The position numbers and the translations under genes are program-made. Under the pieces are notes generated by a model. The model was given only the letters and a program-made list of their open reading frames with translations, was not told where the DNA came from and did not search any database. Below, one piece after another: positions 49,386-64,000 of a DNA stretch of 64,000 bases. Every line of letters starts with the position of its first letter. Within the stretch, counting starts at the first letter, position 1. Source of the stretch: Malacoraja senta (taxonomy: Eukaryota). The stretch spans positions 2,606,001 through 2,670,000 of the forward strand of contig CM075995.1 in NCBI GenBank assembly GCA_038087875.1. The letters run 5' to 3'.

Positions 49386-51146
49386 ACCCATTCCTTCTAT
49401 CCAGAGATGCTGTTAGTCCCGCCGAGTTACACAAGCAATTTAGAAACCGAAACATAGAAAATAAGTGCAGGAGTAGGCAATTCGGCCCTTTGAGCCAGCA
49501 CTGCCATTCAATATGATGGCTCAAAGGGCCGAATATCAATATCATGGCTGATCATCCAAAATCAGTACCCCATTCCTGCTTTTTCACAATATCCCTTGAT
49601 TCCTTTAACCCTAAGACCTAAATGTAACTCTCTTGAAAACTACTCCAGCATTTTGTGCCCATCTTCGGTGTAAACCAACATAGAATCATAGAGTGATACA
49701 GTGTGGAAACAGGCCCTTTAGCCCAACTTGCCCACACCGGCCAACATGTCCCAGCTACACTTGTCCCACCTGCCCACGCTTGCTCCATATACCTCCAAAC
49801 CTGTCCTATCCATGGACCTGTCTAACTGTTTCTTAAATGTTGGGATATTCGCAGCCTCAACTACCTCCTCTGGCAAATACCCACCACCCTTTGTGTGAAA
49901 AAGTTACCCCTTAGATTCCTATTAAATCTTTTCCCCTTCATCTTGAACCTATGTCCTCTGGTCCTTGATTCCCCTACTCTGGGCAAGAGACTCTGTGCAT
50001 CTACCCGATCTATTCCTCTCATGCATTTGCAGTTCTTTCCTGCAGATAGTTGGTTCCTAACTCCAGGCGTCAGTTCATAAAGTTTTGGGGTTTCTTCATA
50101 CGGGTACTGATAACACACAAGTCAATCTGCAGCAAGATAGCGAGACACAGACTGCATTGAATAAAAAATTTAGCCGGATTAGAGGGGGAAGCAAAGGCCT
50201 TGTTATGTAGGGTCTCAGAAAAAAAAGACTTAAGAGCTGAACAAATACATTCAATATTTATGTGAACTGCAGATGCTGGTTTACACCGAAGATAGACACA
50301 GAATGCTGGAGTAACTCAACGGGACAGACAGAACCACTGGAGAGAAGGAATAGGCGACGTTTCGGGTCAAGACCCTTCTTCAGACTGAGAGTCAGGGGAG
50401 AGGGAGATGCAGAGATAAGGAGGTGTAAGGTGTGAAAACGAGACATCAAGGGGGATGGGGGTTAAAGAGAAATATAGAATTGTTAGCTAGGAATAATTAC
50501 TCTAGAATACAATGTTATATTCCTTCATCAACACAAATACATATTAGACATTGCACAAATACATGTTGGAGATTTGGGATATAGAGCACTGGATTCACTC
50601 ATCGGGTCAGTCAGCATCTCTGGGGAACTTAGATAGATGTCTACAGATGGATCCCGACCCGAAACGTCACTGTCCTTGAGATGCTGCCTGACCCGTTGAA
50701 TTACTCCAGCACCTTGTGTCCTTTTATATAAACCAGCATCTGCAGTTCCTTGTTTCTGGGAAATGGGACTCTAGTTTCATTAGAGTTGGGTGAAGTGGGG
50801 TTAGAGGCGAAGCATGCGGAGGACATAACATTGACAAAGATTCTGCATAAAAGTACCCAATGACCTTGGACTCTCCGGCATTGGCATTACGTTCATGAAT
50901 TAAGAAGTCATTTGCAAATAATTTGTGCAGCAGGGCAGTTATGGACAATTCAACATCACCTAACTAGTTGAAAAAAGGGCGTGATGTACACCACAGCAAA
51001 TCAGAGCAGTTTACTCAGAAAACAGAAACTATTTAAAGAACACAAGAATTAGAAACTACGCTAACTTCTTCCAAAAAAACCCCGTAAATGTATGTGCTCT
51101 GGATGAAAAAAAACATGCATTGAAAGAGTAGATCACTTATTCACTG

Positions 51147-51350
51147 TGTAGGAAGGAACTGCAGATGCTGGTTTAAACCAAAGATAGACCCAATATGCTG
51201 GAGTAACTCAGCGGGGCAGGCAGCATCTCTGGATAGAAGGAATGGGTGACGTTTCGGGTCAAGACCCTTGACCCCAATCATCACCCATTACTTCTACCCA
51301 GAGATGCAGCCTGTCCCGTTTAGTTACTCCAGCATATTGGGTCTATCTTC
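51147..51350. mobile_element. Fold-back pair of Penelope-like terminal repeats
   Basis: Arms aagatagacccaatatgctggagtaact / agttactccagcatattgggtctatctt. Confidence 0.8.
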
Positions 51351-53080
51351 AACTAAACTAAAGATATTTATTGAAAGTAACTAGGGTGTTTGACGAATTA
51401 AAGCAAACACATGAAAGGCTCTCTGATGGACTGCTCTCTGTAGCACCTTGTTCCAGGTCGTGCAAATACTTTTCTAATGCCTTCCCACCTGGGACACTTT
51501 CTCACAGTCCCCATCTGATCTTAATACCATAAGACACAGGAGCAGAATTAGGCCATTTGGTCCATCAAGCCTGCTTCACCATTCAATCATGGCTGATCTA
51601 TTTTTCCTTCTCAACCCCATGCTCCTGCCTTCCACCTTTAACCTTTGAAGCCCTTAATAATCAAGAACCTATCAATCTCCACTTTAAAAATGCCCAATGT
51701 TGTGGGCCTCCACAGCCGTCTGTGGCAATGAATCCCACAGATTCACCATCCTGTGGATAAAGAAATTCCTCCTCACCTCCATTGTGAATGTACATCCTTT
51801 TATTTTGAGGCTGTGCCCTCTGGTCCTAGACTCTCCCACTACTGGAAACATCTTCTCCACATCCACTCTTCCTTTCTTCCTCAACAAGCTCCAGCTTGCT
51901 TGTTTGCACCGACCAGCGATCCCCGCACACTAATCATTTTTTTTACATTTATACCAAGCCAATTAAGCTACAAACCAGTACGTCTTTGGAGTTGTGGGAG
52001 AAAAACGAAGATCTCAGAGAAAACCCACGCAGGTCACGGGGAGAACGTACAAACTCGGTACAGACAGCACCCGTAGTCAAGATCGAACCCGGGTCTCCTA
52101 CGCTGCAGGCGCTGTAAGGCAGCAACTCTACCACTGCGCCGCCATGCCACCCTGTGTATCTGAGAGTCGCAGCTTCCGATATTAATCCAACCCATTTCTA
52201 CCAGTGTTTAGTTTAGTTTAGTTTGTCCCGTGTACCGAGGTACAGTGTAAAGCTTTTGTTGTGTACTAACCAGTCAGCGGAAAGACCATACATGATTACT
52301 ATCGAGCCATTCACAGTGTACAGATACACGAGAAACGGAAATAAGGTTTACAGTTTACAGTTTAGTTTATTGTCACTTGTGCCGAGGTACGGTGAAAAGA
52401 TTTTGTTTTTGTTGCGCGCTATCCAGTCAGCGGAAAGACAATGGCATAATTTAGTGCAAGATAAAGCCTGTAGAGACCGCTCAAAAACGGAATCCTGTGT
52501 TGAGAGTGTAAGATCTGTGGAGCCATTGGCAACATCATCTCACAACTGCACTAGCTCATATTTAATGATCGCATACTTGAAATTGATGAAAAAGGAAAAC
52601 ATGATTTAACACCTAAAAGCACCATGTTACATCTCCAACTGTGAAACTGTTGCAAAACGTATTGATCTCCTTTGTAGGTCAGTGTTAAAGAACTTCAGAG
52701 CTTCACAACTTCATGTTCCTGTGCAGCTGAAAAATTGGTATTGACCAGACAATGTGGGAGTGGGGATATTAACTGATGATTCCAAATTCAAGAGTGTTTT
52801 CTTGTCATATGTCCCAGATAGAACAATGAAATTCTTACCTGCCTAAGCACAGCAGAGTATGTAAACAAACGTACACAGTAAACAACATAATAAATGAGAG
52901 GAAAAAAAATTCAGTGTGAGTATACAGTATATACACATACTCACAAATAGACATATATATATAGATCATATATATATACGTACACATACGTACACACACA
53001 CACATTCTACAATGCTCAATTCCATTCAGAAAGGAAACAGTTAGGCCATGACAGCAGATAGCAAGATCTAAATAATATTT

Positions 53081-53385
53081 AGTTTAGTTTTTTTAGTATA
53101 GAGATACAGTGCTGAAACAGGCCCTTCGGCCTTGCATTGGCGATCCCCGCACATTAACACTGTCCTACACACACTGGGACAATTTACACTTATACCAAGC
53201 CAATTAGCCTACAAACCTGTACGTCTTTGGAGTGTGGGAGGAAACTGAAGATCTTGGAGAAAATCTGAGTGGCCATGTTGGGGAAAATGTATAAACCCCA
53301 TACAGACAAGCACCCGATCGAAACCAGGTCTCTGGTGCTGCAAGCGCTGTAAGGCAGCAACTGTACCATTGTGCCACCGTGCCGC
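53081..53385 (-). mobile_element. HE1-like V-SINE (further copies at about 29495-29793 plus, 51905-52150 minus, 59160-59465 minus)
   Basis: Same consensus as 14440-14752. Confidence 0.85.
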
Positions 53386-54300
53386 CTTTCTGATGAATGC
53401 ATCTCAGCCTAGTACGGCAACTGTTCTGCTCTTGACTGCCTGAACCTACAGAGAGTGGTGGACGTCACAGGCTCATCACTTTTTAAAATCCAGTCCATCA
53501 CATCAGGAAGGCTGGAAGAATCGCCAGGAGTGCTTCTTATCGTGGCCATCCCCTTTGCTCCCTTCTATCTTCTGAAGGAAGGTGCATGAGATCGAAAGGC
53601 TTGGACCTGCAGACTGAAGAACAGCTCTTCCCCACTGGTATCACACGCCTGACCCAAACACCTCTTTCCATCCCCTTCTCGGAGTTGCTTCTTCTTCTTT
53701 TCGTGTCCATCTTGTTACAAATGTTGGCCTCGCTGTCATCGTCCGTCCTGAAAAGTACGCAAGCTTCCGGCGACAATCAGTGGAAGCCATCACTTGTTGC
53801 AATAGATGATGGTGATAGCAGAATTAGCTCAGGATACTTCCAGTTTCCAGCCCCGGGATGTGGACGCTTCTGTTATGGTGCCCCCGGAGATGCTGCCACA
53901 TACTCTTACACTTAACTCTACGTTATTCAATTATTCCGCTATTGTACAGATTGCATTACACGACTGTGATTATCATATTGATCATTACTGCCTGTATACT
54001 GTTTAGTCTGTGAGCTTCATGTGAACAGACAATTTAATTGCCCCTCGGTGTATATGACAATATACTAAAGATAAGACACAAAACGCTGGAGTAACACAAC
54101 GGGGCAGGCAGCATCACTGGAGCAAAGGAATAGGTGACGTTTCGGGTCAGAACCCATCTTCAGACTTCTTCAGTCCGACTTCCCGGTCCAGAACATTGCC
54201 TATCCATGTCCTCTTGAAATGCTGCCAGTCCCGCAAAGTTACTCCAGCACTTAGTGTCTTTTTTCAGTATAAACCAGCATCTGCAGTTCTTTTCTGCACA

Positions 54301-55623
<1,323 letters not shown>

Positions 55624-56761
55624 TGACAATATACTAATCTGAAACTGATCTGCCATAAGGTGAAAATGCACAAAAGCATTAATAGGTCTAAATCTTGGTA
55701 TTCCCTCCCCAAAAGCACTCTAGAAATAGCTTGTCACTTTTTTCACGACAGGTTTTATTAAGTGATAGGAGCAGAATAAGGCCATTCAGCCCATCACATC
55801 TACACCACTATTATCTACCTTTCCCTCTTAACCCCATTCTGCTGCCTTGTTCCCATAACTCCTGACAACTGTACTGATCAAGAATCTATCCATCAATGCC
55901 TTAAAAATATCCATTGACTTGGCCTCCACACACAGGCTTCTGTGACAATGAATTCCACAGATTTACAACCCTCTGACTAAAGAAATTCCTCCTCATCTCC
56001 TTCCAAAAGGAAAGTCCTTTTATTCTGAGGCTATGACCTCCTAGACTCTCCCACTAGTGGAAACATCCTCTCCACATCCACTCTATCCTGGACTTTCACT
56101 ATTCGGTCAGTTTCAATGAGCCCCCCCCCCTCATTCTTCTAAACTCCAGCGTGTACAGGCCTAGTGCCGTCAAACGCTCATCATATGTTATCCTACTCAT
56201 TCCTGGGATCATTCTCGTAAACCTCCTCTGGACCTTCTCCAGTGCCAGCACATCCTTCCTCAGATATGTTGCCCAAAGTTGCCCATAATTATGGGTAATA
56301 GCCATTGGCCCTGCCAACCAAACCTATTATCTGTAACTTGAATATGGGTCCTGATCCAAGACAACGCCCATCCATTTCCTCTGCAAATGCTGCCTGACCA
56401 GTTGAGTTTCTCCAGCACTTTCTGCTTTGTTCAAGGTCTACAGTCTCTGCCGTTCTCTTGTAAAATTTATATTTTGTGTATTTTCTTGTGACACAGAAGG
56501 AGTCAACACATGAGTCTTAGTTTATTTTATTCTCACGTGCTCATTAGTTCAATGGTGGTTCGATGATTATTTATCACAAATGCAACTGCCTCCATGCAGG
56601 GCACCAGAGGTCAGGATTGAACCCAGGTCGCTGGGGTTGTGAGGCTGCAGCACTCACTACTGTGCCATCAATTGCCATCATCTGCTTCACAAAAGCCAAG
56701 AATTTGTTTTAGATTCAACTCCTTGAACACAGACAAGCACACAATGGTAACATTACCTAGA

Positions 56762-57640
56762 GCGGCACGGTGGCAAAGCAGTAGAACTACTGCCTTACAG
56801 CGCTAGAGGTCGAGGCTCGATCTTGGCTGGTGCTTGTCTGTACAGAGTTTGTACGTTCTTCCCCCGACTGGCGTTGGTTTTCTCCGAGATCTTCGCTTTC
56901 CTCCAACACTTCGAAGACGTATGGGTTTGTAGGTTAATTGGCTTGGTATAGCAGATGTAAAATTGGCCCTAGTGTGTGTAGGGTAGGTTTAGTGTGCGGG
57001 GATCAATAGACAATAGGTGCAGGAGTAGGCCATTCGGCCCTTTGAGTCAGCACCACCAGTCAGCACCACCATTTAACATCGCGGAGCCTGGGATCTCTCG
57101 CCGAGATCGCCAGTATGTGGAGCTCCGTCCAGAGCGGCCTGTTGGCTTGGAAGCCGCGGTCTCCGGTAAGAAGGCGGCCGTTCCTGGCACCCCAAGCCGC
57201 TGAGAGGGTTCTCCCGACGCCGGAGTACCATCACCCGGCGAGAACGGCCAGGAACATCGAGCCTCCGTAGCGGCGACTGTGGAGGCCTCAATAGGCCCGA
57301 CTATGGGTGGACATGGGGATGGGGACTGGACTTTGTGCCTTCCCCGACAGTGGGAACCATTGTGGGGGGATGTTTTAATGTTTTAATGTTAAACTTCTTT
57401 AATGCTATGTTGTATTTTTATTAGTGTGCTGCAAGGACATCTGAATTTCCCCTGAATAAGAGGATTAATAAAGTAAAAATCAATCAATCAATGTGATCAT
57501 GGCTGCTCATCCACAATCAGTTCCTGCCTTCTCTCCATATCCCTTAACTCCGCTATCCATAAGAGCTCTATCACTGGTCAGCATGGACATGGTGCATTGA
57601 AGGGCCTGTTTCCGCACTGTTTCTCTAAACTAAACTAAAT
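56762..57640 (+). mobile_element. HE1 SINE interrupted by a CR1 tail (minus), itself interrupted by a third repeat (about 57072-57490)
   Basis: HE1 breaks at ggggatca (57006) and resumes at tcactggtc (about 57571); the CR1 tail breaks at caccacca and resumes at caatgtgatcatggctg. Confidence 0.75.
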
Positions 57641-58295
57641 TGCTGTTCTTGTTCATCTCTGCCTTCATTTCATATGGATGTCTGGAATTTCTTCACTTCA
57701 TCTGTATGAATTCATTTCAAATGAATCATTAAACCACATTAACACTATGTTTAAGAAAGCACACCACTATTCAGAAGGTGAAGGAAATTTGACATTACTC
57801 CAATACTGTCGCCTATCCACGTCCTCCAGAGATGCTGCCTGACCCACTGAGTTACTCCATCGTTTTGCATCTTTTTCTGTAAACCAGCATCTGCAATTCC
57901 TTGTTTATACAAACACACTTTCTCCTTTGGCCCATTTCTTGGTGGGGGAACTCCAGTGAGGGGTGGGGGGTAAGAACAATGGAAGACCCATCGTGAGGGG
58001 ACCACTGTGAGGGGGGGGGGATGGGGGGGAGGGGGAGGGGAGGGGGGAGGGGGGGAACAAAGGAGGTTCAGGCGGGATACTTTGTCAGCGCTGATTATGT
58101 AGCGACTATTAGCAATTATGTAGCGACTATGTAGCAAAGAAATTCACTCCACCTTGTCACATGTGACAATAATTTATTCCATTCCATTCTTTTGAGGCAT
58201 TCAGTTGTTAATTTGATTTCTTGGAGCTCTGAATGACCATCTCAAATGATGTTGTTTATCTGTACCTCCAGAGTCAGCAGTACCTCCAGAGTCAG

Positions 58296-59090
58296 AGGTA
58301 GCAAAAACAGGAAGGCAGATTACTATCTAAATGGCGTCAAGTTGGGAAAAGGGGAAGTACAACGGGATCTGGCGGTCCTTGTACATCAGTCTATGAAAGT
58401 AAGCATGCAGGTACAGCAGGCAGTGAAGAAAGCGAATGGCATGTTGGCCTTTATAACAAGAGGAATCAAATATAGGAGCAAAGAGGTCCTTCTGCAGTTG
58501 TACAGAGCCCCAGTGAGACCACACCTGGAGTATTGTGTGCAGTTTTGGTCACCTAATTTGCGGAAGGACATTCTTGCTATTGAGGGAGTGCAGCGTAGGT
58601 TTACAAGGTTAATTCCCGGGATGGCGGGACTGTCATATGCTGAGAGAATGGAGCAGCTGGGCTTGTACACTCTGGAGTTTAGAAGGATGAGAGGGCATCT
58701 CATTGAAACATGTGAGATTGTTAAGGGCTTGGACACGCTAGAGGCAGGAAACATGTTCCCGATGTTGGGGGAGTCCAGAGCCAGGGGCCACAGTTTAAGA
58801 ATAAGGTGTAAGCCATTTAGAACGGAGACGAGGAAACACCTTTTCTCACAGAGTGGTGAGTCTGTGGAATTCTCTGCCTCAGAGGGCGGTGGAGGCAGGT
58901 TCTCTGGATGCTTTCAAGAGAGAGCTAGATAGGGCTCTTAAAAATAGCGGAGTCAGGGGATATGGGGAGAAGGCAGGAACGGGGTACTGATTGGGGATGA
59001 TCAGCCATGATCACCTCGAATGGCGGTGCTGGCTCGAAGGGCCAAATGGCCTACTCATGCACCTATTGTCTATTGTCTATTGTCTATTGC
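58296..59090 (+). mobile_element. Young CR1 3' fragment
   Basis: ORF 58246-58932 (KKANGMLAFI..VRPHLEY); (CTATTGT)n tail. Confidence 0.92.
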
Positions 59091-62000
59091 TACTTGTGAC
59101 AAAGAGTGAAAACAATTGTATTGAATTTTTCTAACATCACTATTTCTATGCTACATTTAGTTTCATTTAGTTTAGAGGTACGGCAAGGAAAGTGGCCCTT
59201 CGGCCCGCCGATTCCGCACCGACCAGCGATCCCCGCACATTAACGCTATCCTACACACACTAAGGACAATTTCCATTTACACCAGGCCAATTAACCTACA
59301 AACCTGTACGCCTTTGGAGTGTGGGAGGAAACCAAAGATCTCGGGAGAAAACCCACGCAGGTAACGGGGAGAACGTACAAACTCCGTACAGACAATCACC
59401 CGTAGTCAGGATCGAACTCGGGTCTTTGGCGCTGTAAGGCAGCAACTCTACCATTGTGCCACCATGTTGGAGATTGGAAGACATCAACTGATCTGAGAAG
59501 CACAACAGAAGTTTAGATTATTAGATCTTTACAACAATGCTAGCTACTTGTAACTAAATTCTACCACATTCAACTATGGGAAATATGAAACTCAAACATG
59601 CTTAGAAGTATCAGGTAAAGGGGATATAGTTGAGAAGAATAAAATTCAAGGAACTATCCATGAGCAAAAGATTCAATCGATTTTTCATTATTGTGTGTGC
59701 GGCATAACCTTCTTTGGGTTATGGTCTGAGTGCAGGTAGATGGGACTAGGGGGAAGTAAGCAGAAAGAAGGATTTTTTTTTTTTTTTAAGTCTTCGGCAC
59801 GGACTTGAAGGGCCGAGATGGCCTGTTTCCATGCTGTAATGGTTATATGGTTATATGGTTATATGGAAAGTAAAAAGGCTAAATCATAACCTGGGCAGCA
59901 AGACTGTTCTGCTTGCTGTGAATTGGATTAAATATCTTATCAAGGATGAAGAACGTAAGTTAGTTCAGCCTTTGTGACATTTAGCTTAGTTTATTTAATA
60001 GGAAAGGACGCAAAGTATGTAGGAAGGAACTGCAGATGCTGGTTTACACCAAAGATACCACACAAAATGCCGGAGTAAATCAGCGGGTCAGGCAGCATCT
60101 CTGGAGAAAAGGAATGGATGACATTTCAGGTCGAGTCCCTTCTTCAGACTGAGAGTCGGGAGATTGGGAAATTAGTGGTATGAAATACATACATAGTGGT
60201 ACAGAATACATCAGAGCAGCACTTATGAACAAGTAATGGTGGAGCCCATAATAGTCCATTGTTGGCTGTGGAAGAGGTAATAACAAAGGTATATGAGGAT
60301 GGGAGAGGGACGGATAGAGTGGGAATGCAACTCCGAAGAAGGATCTCGACCCGAAACATCACTTGCCCATGTTCTCCAGAGATGCTGCCTGACCTGCTGA
60401 GTTACTCCACCACTTTGTGTCCTTTTATGTATTTACCAGCATCCGCAGTTCTTTGTTTCTACCTCTTTATTCAACAGGATTGGTTTGGCAGGTAGTTTGG
60501 CATTCAACAGTCAGGGTCACACACCTCCAGTTCCCTGTCTTAGCTGCCTTAGCTGTGAATTCAGCCTCCTTCCAAAAACTGGGCACTTAGATGTCATTTC
60601 AGGCACCCACTGAAAGATTCCTGCATTTTCCCAGGATCTGTGCTTCAGTTGGGGCTAATAAATAGGAATGCCATCGGTATTGTGTAGGAAGGAACTGCAG
60701 ATGCTGAAGTCTGAAGAAGGGTCTCGACCTGAAACGTCACCCATTCCTTTTCTCCAGAGATGGTGTCTGACCCGCTGAGTAATGCCATCTGTATTCCTGG
60801 GGCGGGTATTTCAAGCTTAAAAAATCTCAAGATAAAAAGGAAACTCGTTATTCAACTAAGGCAGGAGCTTGGTGCCCTAACATCCCTAGTTTGCCCAGAA
60901 ACACAGATAGGATAGAACATACATAAGATCAGTCTGAAGAAGGCTCGACCCAAAACGTCACCCATTCTTTCTCTCCAGAGATGCTGCCTGACCCGCTGAG
61001 CTACTCCAGCATTTTGTGACCATCTTCGGTTTGAACCAGCATCTGTAGTTCCTTCCTACACATAGATAAGAGGCAACTAATCTTGTTTTTTTTATAAAGG
61101 ATTTAATGTGTGTATGCATTGAATACTTGTGCAAATACACAGTGCACTTCAAAGTAATTCCTGGTAGACAAAGAAATTGGGATAATTAGCATGGCAAATA
61201 CCAATATACCTTTTATTTTGAGCCAGGAAAAAATAATTTATGTAGTTCCCAAATAATGGGTGAAGGCAAAATGTCACAGGATTTTTTACCTTCATCATCT
61301 ACTTTTTTTCGTATCTTTCATTCATTGTTCTATGTCTCTCTACACCATCGTCCATATCTCTCGTTTCCCTTTCCCCTGACTTTCTGTCTGCAGAAGGGTC
61401 TCGACCCGAAACATCACCCATTCCTTCTCTCCAGAGATGCTGCCTGGCCCACTGAGTTACACCAGTTGTTTGTGTCTATCTACAGGATTTTTTAGTTTAG
61501 TTAAGTTTATTGTCACCTGTACCGAGGTGCAGCAAAAAGCTTTTGTTGCATGCTAACCAGTCAGCGGAAAGACAATACATGATTACAATCGAGCCATCCG
61601 CAGTGTACAGATACATGAGCATACGTTATATTTAACCTCTTGAATCAATACTATATTCTACCCATTGATTCGAACTAAATTCACCAAAGGAAATACATTT
61701 TGTCATTAAGGATAAAGTGAAGGTAATAATGATTCTTCGACTTGTATATTCGTAACTGCTTTGTGACTTTGCAATGAACACAGGATTCGACACACGCTTC
61801 CAGCAATTTAGAGCTTAAAAATATGTATTTTTAAAATAAAATGAGGTGACACATATTTACTATTCCAATGTAGTATCAAAATAGCCATAAAATAAAAATG
61901 AAATTAAGATTTGTGAAAAAACATTATTTGTTAGTGTTAGAACTGCACATTGAAGTTTTCAAATCATGAGAAAGACACAAGGCTAGTGTTATTCAGCAGG

Positions 62001-62715
62001 CTGGGACTCTTCTTCAGAGCAACGGGAGAAGATCTCATAGAACTGCCGTCGGATGGAGAAGGTCAACTTCTTCAAAGCAGGCAAGTCTTGAAGAGATTTC
62101 GCAGTGAAGCTGTCAAGATGTAGTAACAAGGAACTGCAGATGCCGGATTCATATGAGTAGATGCTTGATGATGAGTGGAGATGCAATGAGCCAAAGATGG
62201 ACACAAAATGTGGCCCAGGCAGCATCTCTGGAGAAAGGGAATTAGGAATTAGTCTGAAGAAAGGTCTCGACCCAAAGCGCCACCTATTCCTTTTCTCCAG
62301 AGATGCTGCCTGAGCCGCTGAGTTACTCCAGCATTTTGTGTCCATCTTTGGCCCATTGCATCTCCACCCACCATTCATACAAATCCCAATTTAATGTCCA
62401 CATTCCCATGAACTTCTCCGCCCATCTGCACAGCAAGAGCATCTATTTTATACAAAGGGTGGCGGGTATATGGAATGGGCTACCAGAGGAGATAGTTGAG
62501 GCAGGTACGATCACAACATTTATAAAACCTTTGGACAGGTACATGGATGGGATAGGTTTAGAGAGATATAGTGCCAAATGCAGGCAGGTGGAACTGGTGT
62601 ACATGGGGCATCTTGTTTGGCTTGGGCAAGTTGGGCCGAAAGGCCTGTTTCCATGCTGTATGACTCGATGCCTCTCAGTCAACTAACCAGCCAACCTGCA
62701 TGTCTTTGAGATATA

Positions 62716-63670
62716 CAGTGCATTCAGAAAGTATTCAGACCCTTTCACTGTTTCCACATTGTTATGTTACAGCCTTATTCTAAAATGGATTAAATTCATT
62801 TGTTTTTATCATCAATCTACACACAATACCGCATAATATAAAAGTGAAAACAGGTGTTTAGAAATTTTTGCAAAGTAATTAAAAAGAAATAACTGAAATA
62901 TCACATTTACATAAGTATTCAGACCCTTTGCTATGACACTCAAAATTGAGCTTCGGTGCATCCTGTTTCCATTGATTATCCTTGAGATGTTTCTACAACT
63001 TGATTGGAGTCCACAAGTGGTAAATTAAATTGATTGTACATGATTTGGAATGGCACACACCTGTCTATATAAGGTCCCACGGTTGACAGTGCATGTCAGA
63101 GCAAAAACCAAGCCATGAAGATGAAGGAATTGTCTGTAGACCTCCGAGACAGGATTTTGTTGAGACACAGATCTGGGGAAGGGTATAAAACAATTTCTGC
63201 AGCATTGCAGGTCCCGAAGAGCAGAGTGGCCTCCGTCGTTCGTAAATGGAAGAACTTTGAAACCACCAGGACTCTTCATAGAGCTGGCTGCCCGGCAATC
63301 GGGGAGAAGGGCCTTGGTCAGGGAGGAGACCAAGAACCCGATGGTCACTCTGACAGAATTCCAGAGTTCCTCTGTGGAGATGGGAGAAACTTCCAGAAGG
63401 ACAACTATATCTGCAGCACTCCACCAATCAGGCCTTTATGGTAGAGTGGCCAGACGGAAGCCACTCCTCAGTAAAAGGCTCATGACAGCCCGCTTGGAGA
63501 TTGCCAAAAGGCACCTAAACAAGATTCTCTGGTCTGATGAAACCAAGATTGATCTCTTTGGCCTGAATGTCAAGTGTCACGTCTGGAGGAAACCAGGCAC
63601 CGCTCATCACCTGGCCAATACCATACCTATGGTGAAGCATGGTGGTGGCAGCGTCATGCTGTGGGGATGT
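62716..63670 (+). mobile_element. Tc1-family DNA transposon, left half
   Basis: TA|CAGTGCATTCAGAAAGTATTCAGACCC; internal direct repeat AAGTATTCAGACCCTTT near 62913 (IR/DR structure); no right TIR in the window. Confidence 0.92.
63115..63670 (+). pseudogene. Tc1 transposase, frameshifted and truncated
   Basis: [50 protein letters not shown]; frameshift near 63295. Confidence 0.92.
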
Positions 63671-63699
63671 ACAGCATGATGCTGTACATCCCCACATAC

Positions 63700-64000
63700 A
63701 TGGAATTTGCCTTGGTGCTCCGCCCACAAGTAACAACATGACATACAGTGACAGTTACGAATGACTCAGAAAACACTAAACATTAATAATAATCAAACAT
63801 TCATGATAAAACACCATTGATCAAGCATGTGAACCAACAAAATACCAGATCAAAGGGAGGCTACAGATTTTTGGCTGTTGAGTAGAGCAACTACTCGTGG
63901 ATAAAAACAGTTTTTATGTGTGGCTGTGGCAGCTTTGACAGTCCGGAGTCGCCTTTCAGAGGGAAGTGATTCAAATAGTTTATTGCCAGGGTGAGAGGGG
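63700..64000 (-). mobile_element. Rex/Babar-type LINE 3' end
   Basis: The minus strand encodes PSHPGNKLFESLPSERRLRTVKAATATHKNCFYPRVVALLN. Confidence 0.8.

Overview
Vertebrate genomic DNA, most likely a cartilaginous fish (skate or ray, inferred from HE1-type V-SINEs and their HER1/CR1 partner LINEs). I recognise no host protein-coding exon. The window is intronic or intergenic, dominated by nested mobile elements, and has a 200-N gap at 42096-42295. Main contents: many CR1 LINE fragments, one with an open RT ORF (about 9005-11406); L1 and Rex/Babar 3' ends; HE1 SINEs; a young Gypsy LTR element (37970-41187, 5-bp TSD) that has lost protease and RT in frame; PIF/Harbinger and hAT MITEs; a non-autonomous Helitron (54301-55623); and a truncated Tc1. 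The most interesting signal is a Penelope-like (PLE) terminal-repeat family carrying a minimal hammerhead-ribozyme-like motif (CTGAAGAAGGGTCTCGACCCGAAACGTC). I count roughly 35 copies by eye. They often occur as fold-back pairs whose two arms share private mutations, so there is a ribozyme motif on each strand. Ribozyme activity is not demonstrated. Boundaries of degraded repeats are approximate.
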